Below, one piece after another: positions 42,765-51,682 of a stretch of DNA of 64,000 nucleotides; the stretch's first letter is position 1, and each line of letters starts with the position of its first letter. Source of the stretch: Gammaproteobacteria bacterium. GTDB taxonomy: Bacteria > Pseudomonadota > Gammaproteobacteria > Eutrophobiales > Eutrophobiaceae. The DNA lies in NCBI GenBank assembly GCA_963422205.2, contig CAXMWX010000003.1, forward strand, positions 64,001 through 128,000. Reading direction: 5' to 3'. A program made the translations under genes and the position numbers. Below the pieces are notes generated by a model, which was not told where the DNA came from, made no database searches, and saw only the letters and a program-made list of their open reading frames with translations.

Positions 42765-43715
42765 TTACCAGTTATAACCCACATGAAAACCGAGATGAAA
42801 TGTCTCATGCTCATCGTAGTTTTTACCATCTTTTTGAAAGGCACCGCCTTCGCCGTTTCTACCGCCGCCGGCAAACTGATACAACAGCCCAAGCGTGGCA
42901 AACCATTTCTGCTCAGCATAGTGGATACTCGGCCCGATGTAGTTGCCATTCTGGAATTGGCTGCCAATCTCCCAGTCAAACAGATCAAACTCCGAGCAAT
43001 CCACACCTGCTTCCGGGATGCCCTCCTCCTCAACACACAGATAGTCTGACTGTGAACGTATCTCAGCACCGATAAACCATCTCGGGGCGATGCGATAAGA
43101 GACCCCGAAGGCAACATCAAAGGCAATCTCTTCCTCTAACACGCCCGGCGTTACGCGGCGTTCAAACTCCATCTTGCCGAACAAGGCAAACACCAGGGTA
43201 TCGTCGAGAAAATTCTTTTGCAGAAAGAGTTGCGGGACAAAAGAATCCTGATCAATGTCGGCACCATCCAGGCGATAGTGATTCCGTCGCTCCCAGGCAA
43301 AGCCCACCGAGAGACCCATAAAGTCTTTATACGGGCTTAAAATATTATATTTCGCTTTCAGTTCAAACCCGCCGATGACGGTGGCATTCACACTGCCGCC
43401 GTTGGCCTCCTGGGTCTCATGCACGGGATTATTCCCCGCTTCAATCCCCGAATAATTATGATTGAATATCATCAGGGCAGCAGACAGGGTAAATTTGTTG
43501 GTGAAGCCGTATTCAACCTCCGGGCGAATATCATGAAAGGCATAACTGCCGGAGCCTTTGCCCAGCCTGGCGATGTAATTCAACTTTGCCTCATAAGTGC
43601 CCGCAGGACGGGTATCTGTCCCTCGGGCATAGACCCACAGGTTCTCCCCGGCATGGGCAGTCTGGCTGGCGATTAACACAATAAAAAACTTAACGTACAG
43701 TTTACGAAGCACCAT
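42765..43715 (-). CDS. Putative outer-membrane beta-barrel (DUF6662-like)
   Basis: Signal peptide AHA-GE, alternating beta strands, EVEYG.T, GPSIHY, aromatic C-terminus VGYNW; RBS GAGGGG before ATG 43715. Confidence 0.7.
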   Translation of the reverse strand: MVLRKLYVKFFIVLIASQTAHAGENLWVYARGTDTRPAGTYEAKLNYIARLGKGSGSYAFHDIRPEVEYGFTNKFTLSAALMIFNHNYSGIEAGNNPVHETQEANGGSVNATVIGGFELKAKYNILSPYKDFMGLSVGFAWERRNHYRLDGADIDQDSFVPQLFLQKNFLDDTLVFALFGKMEFERRVTPGVLEEEIAFDVAFGVSYRIAPRWFIGAEIRSQSDYLCVEEEGIPEAGVDCSEFDLFDWEIGSQFQNGNYIGPSIHYAEQKWFATLGLLYQFAGGGRNGEGGAFQKDGKNYDEHETFHLGFHVGYNW

Positions 43716-43767
43716 ATCTTTCCCCTCAGGTTGGAACGAAAATAACAAACCCTATCTTAAACACAAA

Positions 43768-43782
43768 TGATAATGATTTACA
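43768..43782. promoter_or_regulatory. Fur box
   Basis: TGATAAT-G-ATTTACA vs 7-1-7 consensus TGATAAT-N-ATTATCA, in an AT-rich promoter region about 55 nt upstream of the barrel gene. Confidence 0.65.
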
Positions 43783-44215
43783 GTATTATTTTTATTAGTA
43801 TATAATTTAACTTGAACACATCACTCTGGAAAGTCAATTTATTTTAGTTAAATCAGATAGTTATTGAGTTATGTCTGACGCCGGCAATCATACAGGGCGG
43901 GCAATCACCCACCCGATTCTCTTTCAGGGATCATGGCCACACAGTGGCCAGCGTGAAGTGGATACCGCATGACAACCGCTTATGGTGTGATCTTTATTTC
44001 ACCCATGCCGCCAGCACAGATGATAGTTAAGGGCTGGCAGTCAACGCACCCCGGCCTGTGCGCTGATGGAGGTTTGAGGAGGCCAGATCAATGATTGGCT
44101 CAAGGTGAGCCCGGCGACAAGCAATGTATTCAATGCACCGCCATCACCGTTTCTACCGCCGGCAGCAATGCGCCTGGAGTCGGTGTAACGTTCGGCGCGC
44201 AAATGACATGCTGGG

Positions 44216-44770
44216 TTATCCGCTATCAGACAACCGGCTTTCCCCTCTCATTTGAGCCAGCTTGAGTTTTTTATTTCGGGCAAGATAGGGCAGAAAAAAT
44301 AAATACAGGCCAGTCAACCAGAGTATCAGCAGGATCATGGCGGCGGGCAGAAAAATGCCGAGCTTGACCTTGTCATGGAAGAAAGTGCCATCGTGAATGG
44401 ATTCAATAATATCCGAACGCCGATAGGCCATATTGAGCACCTCGGCCGATTGATGATCCAGTTGTATCTCCCAGTTATCAGCCGCCCGTATTTTTATCAC
44501 GCCTTTTGCAGGGCGTATATCAATGCGAGCGATATCGCCCCAGGTGTTTATGGTTGAACCCGGCGCCATGCTGGCGGCATCCAGGATTTCAGCCATGCTG
44601 AGTGTCGGTATTTTTCCCTGCCCTGAGGCGGTCGGCGGCTGTATCCAGTCAATGTCTTTTTTCAGCAATAATACGATGCCTGAGCCAATGACAACAATCA
44701 CCGGCAGCGCAATGATGATCGCCCCCCAGTAGTGAATTTTACGGGCCAGTTTTTTCCAGTTCACTCTCAT
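44216..44770 (-). CDS. PepSY-associated TM helix protein
   Basis: RKIHYW...SG, periplasmic PepSY-like segment, IESIHDG, LWLTGLYL. Confidence 0.85.
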   Translation of the reverse strand: MRVNWKKLARKIHYWGAIIIALPVIVVIGSGIVLLLKKDIDWIQPPTASGQGKIPTLSMAEILDAASMAPGSTINTWGDIARIDIRPAKGVIKIRAADNWEIQLDHQSAEVLNMAYRRSDIIESIHDGTFFHDKVKLGIFLPAAMILLILWLTGLYLFFLPYLARNKKLKLAQMRGESRLSDSG

Positions 44771-44991
44771 AAAAACCAGGCGCTCTGCTTCAAGGATTGC
44801 CCACCAAATAGACGGGTAATCCCGGTATGAATTTTTTGCTCATCGCATGGAAGCCGTGCAGATAGATGTTAAAATATGTATGCCAGGTTCAGAATGGTAT
44901 ACACCAGTTACACTGACCGCAAATATTCAAACGCTGATAACATCCTGATACATTGCAGATAATGGTCTGCTCAAGTATCTTGAGCACGAAA

Positions 44992-46338
44992 ATGACATTA
45001 AAACCAGTGCAACATATTCCAACCTTGGAAATCTCGCCGCAAATCAAGACGCAGGAATTCTTCAGCCCCAGAAAAGTCAGCACGGGCAGGTTTTATTATG
45101 AGGCCAGAGCACACCGGCACTGTCCGCATGTAGTGAAATTCTCAGGCGGCAAAACCAGCGGTATGCTGTTGTTTATTTTGCTGGAATCAGGTCTGCTGAA
45201 AGCCGAACGGGGAGATGTCGTTATTTTCAACAACACCTCAGCTGAACATCCCAAGACCTATGAGTTTGTCAGGCAATGCAAATGCATTGTCGAGCAACGT
45301 TATCACATTCCCTTTTTCTGGGTTGAGTATCAAACCTATGAAGATGCAAGACAGGGTGAGTATGTGCGCCTGTCCTCTTTCAAGCTGGTCAACACCTCGC
45401 CCTGTTCCAAAACCAACCCTGATGGTTACCATCATCGGGGCGAAGTATTTGAAGAGCTGTTATCCCATAAAGGCTACGTACCGACCCTGTTTCAACGGGT
45501 ATGTACGCAAGCTCTGAAGCTGGAAAGCAGCCGGTTTTTTCTACAGGAATGGCTCGCCAATAAGGAGGAAACCGAGCGCTTGGGACACTTCGGAGAAGTC
45601 AGCCGCATTGATGACGATGAGACCTACAGGCGGCACATCAAACACGGCGGTGCTGTGCCTCGTGATATTTTTCTCGCTAAAAAAGCCTTTCTGAAACAAT
45701 GCAGCCTGGCACGCAGCTCGCAAAAGTGGACGGATTTCAGCGATGCCGTCATCCCTTTTGCCAACAGGGCGCTCGATGGCAAGGTGTATGGCAAAAGGGC
45801 GCATCTCGGTGCGGATGGTGTCGAATATATTTCCTTCGTTGGCATTCGCTACGATGAGATGCAGCGTATCAACAAGATACAACGGCGCAATGCGGGCGGC
45901 CCTGATGCGAAGGGCTATGAGGGGGAACAGGTCTATATGCCACTCGCTGGCATGAAAATAACCGAAGAAGACGTGCAGGCTTTTTGGGATAAGCAGACTT
46001 GGACGCTGCAACTCAACAGAGGCGACAACCTGTCGAACTGCACATTCTGCTTTCTCAAAGGCACACAAAAGCTGGCAGCCGCCAAGCGGGCGCTCAAGCA
46101 GGATCAGGATAACGTATATGCAAACACACCCTGTGATATTCGCTGGTGGGCTGAAATCGAAGAAAAATATGGCCGTGATATGGAGGCTGAAGGACGGCAA
46201 ACCCGGGCGAATGTGGCGAATAATTTTATCGGCTTCTTCGGTGTTTCCAGTGGGATGTCCTACCGCTCGTTGGCAGACGGCCTGGATACAGCCACCCAGT
46301 CATCTGAGGAGGGTCTGCCCTGTGATTGTACGGACTGA
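44992..46338 (+). CDS. PAPS reductase-like / PP-loop ATP pyrophosphatase with Cys clusters
   Basis: PP-loop FSGGKTSG, NTSAEHPKTYEFV, RVCT..LK, GIRYDE, MPL, NCTFCFLKG, C-terminal PCDCTD; start 44992 or 44953. Confidence 0.85.
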   Translation: MTLKPVQHIPTLEISPQIKTQEFFSPRKVSTGRFYYEARAHRHCPHVVKFSGGKTSGMLLFILLESGLLKAERGDVVIFNNTSAEHPKTYEFVRQCKCIVEQRYHIPFFWVEYQTYEDARQGEYVRLSSFKLVNTSPCSKTNPDGYHHRGEVFEELLSHKGYVPTLFQRVCTQALKLESSRFFLQEWLANKEETERLGHFGEVSRIDDDETYRRHIKHGGAVPRDIFLAKKAFLKQCSLARSSQKWTDFSDAVIPFANRALDGKVYGKRAHLGADGVEYISFVGIRYDEMQRINKIQRRNAGGPDAKGYEGEQVYMPLAGMKITEEDVQAFWDKQTWTLQLNRGDNLSNCTFCFLKGTQKLAAAKRALKQDQDNVYANTPCDIRWWAEIEEKYGRDMEAEGRQTRANVANNFIGFFGVSSGMSYRSLADGLDTATQSSEEGLPCDCTD

Positions 46339-46340
46339 GC

Positions 46341-47490
46341 ATGTCATCAGCACCAATATATCTCGATAACCAATCGACCACGCCTCTGGCCCCTGAAGTG
46401 CTGGAGGCGATGTTGCCCTATTTCAGGCAAGCCTATGGTAATCCGCATTCCGGTGAACATGTTTTTGGCTGGCAGGCGTTTTCCGCCCTGGAGAATGCCC
46501 GGCTTGAGGTGGCCGAATTAATCGGGGCAGAAAAATCCGACATCATCTTTACCTCCGGGGCGACCGAATCCGTATCACTGGCGATTCAGGGCGCAGCCCA
46601 ATCCCCCGTCAGGGGCGGGCAGTATAAAATTATCACAGTCGCCACCGAACATGCCTGCGTTTTGGCAAGCTGCCAGCAAATGCGCCGCCATGGCTATGGA
46701 AGTAACCCTGTTGCCGGTCGCCAGCGATGGTCGGGTTGATCTGGCTCGCCTGCAACGGCAGGTGGATGATAAGACGCTGCTGGTGTCCGTGATGCTGGCA
46801 AATAATGAAATCGGGGTGCTCCAGCCGGTCGGCGAAATCGCTGCCATCTGCCGAAGCGCTGGCTGTCTAAGCCATACTGATGCCACTCAGGCCGTTGGTA
46901 AAATTCCGGTGGATGTCGATGTCTTAGGCGTTGATATGCTCAGTGCCTCGGCGCACAAATTCTACGGACCCAAAGGCATTGGCCTACTTTTTATTCGTCC
47001 CGGTATAGAGCGGCGGTTACACCCCATGATGCAGGGCGGCGGTCAGGAAAAAGGCTTGCGCCCCGGCACCGTGCCAGTGCCGCTGGCAGTCGGATTCGGC
47101 ATGGCGGCAAGACTGGCTGGCGAGACCATGGCAACTGAAGCCAGGCGGCTGGCGGAACTGCGTGACCTGTTGCTTAGTCGGCTGCAACAAAACATCTCAG
47201 ATCTTCGGGTGCTTGGTAGCATGGAACACCGCTTGCCGGGCAATCTGTCGCTTGTCTTTCCCCATGTTTCAGGCAATACTTTGGTCGCCAGGCTGGGTGA
47301 ACAGCTGGCCATATCCACAGGATCATCATGTTCGTCAATCAGCGCCGAACCCTCGCATGTGATCAGGGCGCTAGGCTTAGGTGAGGCCATCGCCAGCGCT
47401 GCCCTTCGCATCAGCATCGGGCGTTTCAATACCAAAGACGAAATAGAGCAAGCCGCTGACTGGCTTCTGACGGCAGCAACGGGAAGTTAA
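46341..47490 (+). pseudogene. Group I cysteine desulfurase (IscS/DndA-like) with a +1 frameshift
   Basis: YLDNQSTTP, FTSGATES, TEH in the first frame; NNEIG, HTDATQ, SAHKFYGPKG, STGSSC in the next. Removing one G at 46698-46699 gives a continuous 382-aa ORF. Confidence 0.9.
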
Positions 47491-47494
47491 AATA

Positions 47495-49259
47495 GTGAAA
47501 ATAAAAAAACACCCCGACCTTCATTTCAATGCTGGTGCGGTGGAAGGTTTTACCTCAGCAGGCGTACAGGCGTTCAATGAGTTAAACCCGGACGCCATTG
47601 TGCGGGAGCTGATCCAGAACTCACTGGATGCGGTGCGTGAAGCTGGCCGAGAGCAGGCTATGATGCGTTTTGAGTTAGAAAAGATAGCGCTTGATAAGGT
47701 ACCGGCGATACAAACCTATAAAAAGATATTTAAGAAGGTATGCGACTCGCAAAAACGACATTTTAACAACGAACTGCCCGATCAGGCAGCGATAGTGGCA
47801 GGTACGATAGATGAGGCGCTGAAACAGCCCAGGGTTCAGATGCTCTCGGTGCTGGATAACGGGCTGGGACTGGACGAGGAGCGCATGTTCGGCCTGCTGG
47901 CCGATGGCATGAGCATGAAGCCAAGTACCGGTGCTGGTGCGGTCGGCAATGGTCATCTGACCGCTATTCCCGCCTCCAATCTGCGCTATGTGCTGTATGG
48001 CGGGGTCAGCACCGGAGGTCAAAAGATAGCATCCGGGCATGCCGTTCTGGCTTCCTTTGCCGATGAGCAAGGGATCTGCATGGGCAAGGATGGCTACTAT
48101 GCGCTGTCGGTGTGTGGACAGATGCAAAACCCCTATGAGTTTGTCCCTGAAGATAGCATGGCCCGGCTGATTAAAACGAAGTTGGACTGGATTGAAACGT
48201 ACTCGGACTCTAAAATGGGCGCCGCCGTCATCATACCGGCCTTCAATGGTTTTAAGGAAAAAGCAGACCTGTGGGCGCTGATCAGCAAGGCGGCGGCTTG
48301 CAGTTTCTTTGCCGCCATCGCCGATGGTCATCTGCATATTATCTACCGGGACGGTGCTGGCGAGCAGCGGCCGCTCTCGCATTGATTTATGTCGCAATGG
48401 CATGTGGATCACTGACGATTTGCCCGGTTTGAAACCCAGCAAATTCACGGATCGTCGGCCTTTTCACGCCGTGATAAAAGTGACCGCCCAAGATGGCCAG
48501 ATCCACCAGCTGATACGTAAATCAGAAGGGCCGCTGCACAATCATATTGAAGCGAGGAAATGGCTTCGGCCGGAAGAGGCGAAAAAACTAAAAGAAGCCT
48601 TTGACAAAATTGCCGACTTTCTCTTGGAGAAACTTGAGCGGCTTGCCGAGGAGTCCTTTGAGGTGGATGATTTTTTGAACATTCAGATAGAGGATAGCGG
48701 CGCTGCTGGCGGGAGGCGCACCGGTAATATCGGCCAATTCGAAGAAGAACCCGAACCCCGACCAAGGGTGTCAAGAGGCAATAGGAATCCACCCAATCCC
48801 GGCCCAACACCACCAAACCTTGACCCCAATCCTGTGCCAACCCCTAATGTATTCAAGCGCAGCGGCAACGCTGTGCCCTTCGGGGCCACGCCCGTACCGA
48901 CCGGGCGGCGCTCTTGGGAGGTCGAACTGCACCCCCGGCAAAACCTCAACGCCGATACCGAGGCAGAAATCCGCTTTATCCTGGATGAGAATATCGACAG
49001 CAGTTGCGACCCCGGCAGTGAAGAGCAATTCGTTATTTTGACGGCGGTGGAACTGAACGGGCAAGCAGTGGCCGCTGATGAATTGATCAGGGGTGCTGAC
49101 GGCGTACTGGGTGTGCGGTTGGGTCAATTCAACCCCGGCGAGAACTATCGGCTCAAGTTCGACTATGAACTGCCGGCGGGCCTTGATGTGCCGAGCGGCG
49201 AGCGCGTACTTCTGCGTGCTGAAATCGTCCGCCGTCGCCAACCAATGCGAGAACAATGA
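47495..49259 (+). pseudogene. GHKL (Hsp90/MORC-like) ATPase domain protein split near 48365-48385
   Basis: N-box IVRELIQNSLDA, G1 LDNGLGL, G2 GAGAVGNG; coding continues in another frame (RIDLCRNGMWIT...) up to the ATGA overlap with the next gene. Confidence 0.75.
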
Positions 49260-50116
49260 TGACAAAACCGGCCCCAGCCGTGCGCTCGCTGCCTCACCCC
49301 GCCATAGAAGACGGCAACTTCTCCTTTCCCGATGGTAAATATCAGGTGACAACGCAACTGCCGGGCAATACTGGCGACCGGGTTATCCTTCACCATCAGC
49401 TAACCGGTGCGCCGTTTATTGAACGACTGCTCAAAATGGGCGAGGCAAGATTCGCCTGCCTGGTGTCGGTATCAAAAACTGGCTATCGCAAGCTGCATAT
49501 AGCCGCTGAGACTGAGGCCAGGCAGGAAGTCTGCTGGGATTTGGCAGTGGTGGGTGAGCCGCCCCGGCTGGGTCCGCTGGTGTTGTATCTTGGCACCGGT
49601 CTGAAACACAGATTCACCGAACAGGACGGCGTGGCGCCGCTCTGGCGAGGGCGGGACATTGACCTGCCCAGAGGTGTGCGGCTGGCGAGGGGGCGCTACC
49701 GACGTCCGGCGGCCTCCATTGCGAATCTGCTAACTGTCAGGCGCAACGAAGAGTTGCCGGCTGGCAGCTTCACTGTGGCTGATAATACCAATGCGGGATT
49801 TTATTTTAGCCTGGCTGCTGCTGCCGATATTTTTCAATTTCTGCAAAACCCACAAGATAACAGCGCCCTGAGGTCCAGCATTCTCACCCATGCGGTGAGC
49901 CAGTGCTTTAACATCCTGCAACGCAACTACAGTGCATCCGAGGAGGACGATGGGGCAGATGGCGGTTGGGAGCAGCATACAAATCTGGTGGCCCTGGCCG
50001 GTTGGTTGCAAGGCAAGGGTATGCCCCACTGGAGCGATAATGATTTTGATGCCATCGAAACAGCGACAAGGCTATATCCAATCAGAGTGCCAGCGCATAA
50101 GGATGAGGAGGCATGA
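49256..50116 (+). CDS. Hypothetical protein of the PAPS-reductase cassette (N-terminal SLPHP motif)
   Basis: 286-aa ORF with ATGA overlaps at both ends. Confidence 0.75.
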   Translation: MMTKPAPAVRSLPHPAIEDGNFSFPDGKYQVTTQLPGNTGDRVILHHQLTGAPFIERLLKMGEARFACLVSVSKTGYRKLHIAAETEARQEVCWDLAVVGEPPRLGPLVLYLGTGLKHRFTEQDGVAPLWRGRDIDLPRGVRLARGRYRRPAASIANLLTVRRNEELPAGSFTVADNTNAGFYFSLAAAADIFQFLQNPQDNSALRSSILTHAVSQCFNILQRNYSASEEDDGADGGWEQHTNLVALAGWLQGKGMPHWSDNDFDAIETATRLYPIRVPAHKDEEA

Positions 50117-50979
50117 TGGGCTATTGGGCATTGAATGATGCTGACTATACCGGCCTGCGAAAAGACTTGCTGAAAGAAAAAGGCAGCACTCTACAACAGG
50201 AATTTATTGCAGCAGCGAAGAGTAACTCAACCTTTATCGCCCAGATAGACCAACGCATCGGCTTGGAAAAAACAGGCGAGCCATTCAAACTCCTGGCTGA
50301 GCCGCTATCGGAAGGTGAATACAAAGCGCTGCCGCTAACAATGGAACAGCAGTTGTTTGCTCAATGGGCGGGGATAATGCCAGCCCAGGCCAGCGAGGAA
50401 ACCTTCTGGGGGTATGTGACGCTGGAGCATATCCGGCAGGGGCGCATCGAATCTGGCTATCTGGCTGCCAATGGCGGCGACAACGGCGAGGAGCGCATTG
50501 ACAAGGCGTTGAGCGATGCTGATGTGAAAAGCACGGATGGTGTGATACGCACGATTTTAAGGCGGCTCGGCGGCCTGCCGGAGAGGGGTAGAAGAAGCCT
50601 GTATGTGGACTGTCCGTTTGCGCGCGCCTGGTGGCGGGGCTATGTGGCGCAGCAGGTATGTGAGGAGACCGGTGCCGCTCACGGCAAGGTGGCAAAGGTG
50701 CTGGGCTTTACACCCACTTACTGGGAAAAACTGATTGTTCTGATTGTCTCTCGAAATGCCGTGCTGGGCGACAGCAAGGTGCGCTCTGCCCTGATCTGGG
50801 CTCTGTCCGAATGGGTGGAGGATGACAGTAAACAGACACTATTCCAGAGTAAGACCATTCAAAGGATTTCCCGGCAGATCGGCATACGCTGTGCCTGGCA
50901 GGAGCTTGGTGCATTCGAGGCTAGGGACCTGAAACAGATGATAGAGCAGGACTTTCTGCCCGATTTACGCGCAGGCTGA
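50113..50979 (+). CDS. Hypothetical helical protein, DUF6339-like
   Basis: 288 aa, RBS GAGGAGG; PAQASEETFWGYVT and FARAWW recall DUF6339 motifs (from memory, unverified). Confidence 0.6.
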   Translation: MMGYWALNDADYTGLRKDLLKEKGSTLQQEFIAAAKSNSTFIAQIDQRIGLEKTGEPFKLLAEPLSEGEYKALPLTMEQQLFAQWAGIMPAQASEETFWGYVTLEHIRQGRIESGYLAANGGDNGEERIDKALSDADVKSTDGVIRTILRRLGGLPERGRRSLYVDCPFARAWWRGYVAQQVCEETGAAHGKVAKVLGFTPTYWEKLIVLIVSRNAVLGDSKVRSALIWALSEWVEDDSKQTLFQSKTIQRISRQIGIRCAWQELGAFEARDLKQMIEQDFLPDLRAG

Positions 50980-51052
50980 ACCGCTCAGGTTATGGTGCGC
51001 CCTGTTTCATTCCTCGTGCCTTAACGGCAAGTCAGCACCGCAAAAACTCTGA

Positions 51053-51682
51053 TCACGCCTCTGCGCTGGGTCGGCTGCTGACCGCATCATACCAGCGCTT
51101 CAGGTGGGCTTGCTCGGTGCTGATGTTGAGCTTGATCCAGTCGGCGAAATCCACCGTGACCAGCGCGGTGATGTCGGCCAGGCTGAAGCACTCGCCGCAG
51201 ATAAATTCATGCTCGGCCAGGCGTTGATCCAGCATCTGAAAAAACGCCTCAGCCCTCGCCCTGCCACGGGTCACCAGCTCAGGGATCTGTGCATGTTTGC
51301 CCGGCCCGGGCAGCGAGCGGTCGACAAACAGGCTGGACTGGTTGCGAAACGACTCGGCCACCCCGGCCAGCCCGGCAAACTCTATGCGCGCCTGCCACAT
51401 GGCGATCGTGGCCTTCTCCGCTGGCGTTCCCCCCATCAGCGGTGGCTCTGGGTGAGTGGCCTCCAGATAGACGGCGATCGCCAGGTTCTCAGTGAGCACC
51501 ATGCCATCATCCAGTACCAGCGCCGGGACTGTGCAGCCGGGATTGATCGCTCTGAATGCCTCGCTGAATTGCTCGCCTTTGGTCAGGTCAATCTGCACGG
51601 TGTCGATATCCAGTTGTTTCTCCGCCATGAACATGCGCGCCCGTCGGGGGTTGGGTGCGGCGGTAAAATCGTATAGTTTCAT
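51053..51682 (-). CDS. Glutathione S-transferase family protein
   Basis: APNPRR, INPGCTVPAL, ENLAI..YL, FSLADI. Confidence 0.92.
   Translation of the reverse strand: MKLYDFTAAPNPRRARMFMAEKQLDIDTVQIDLTKGEQFSEAFRAINPGCTVPALVLDDGMVLTENLAIAVYLEATHPEPPLMGGTPAEKATIAMWQARIEFAGLAGVAESFRNQSSLFVDRSLPGPGKHAQIPELVTRGRARAEAFFQMLDQRLAEHEFICGECFSLADITALVTVDFADWIKLNISTEQAHLKRWYDAVSSRPSAEA

Noticed and set aside
44992-47490. Calling genes 1-2 of the cassette cysH and housekeeping iscS, or a canonical dnd/ssp locus
   Set aside because: No cys or iscU/hsc neighbours, and no recognisable DndB/D/E or SspB/C/E. The Cys pattern differs from CysH
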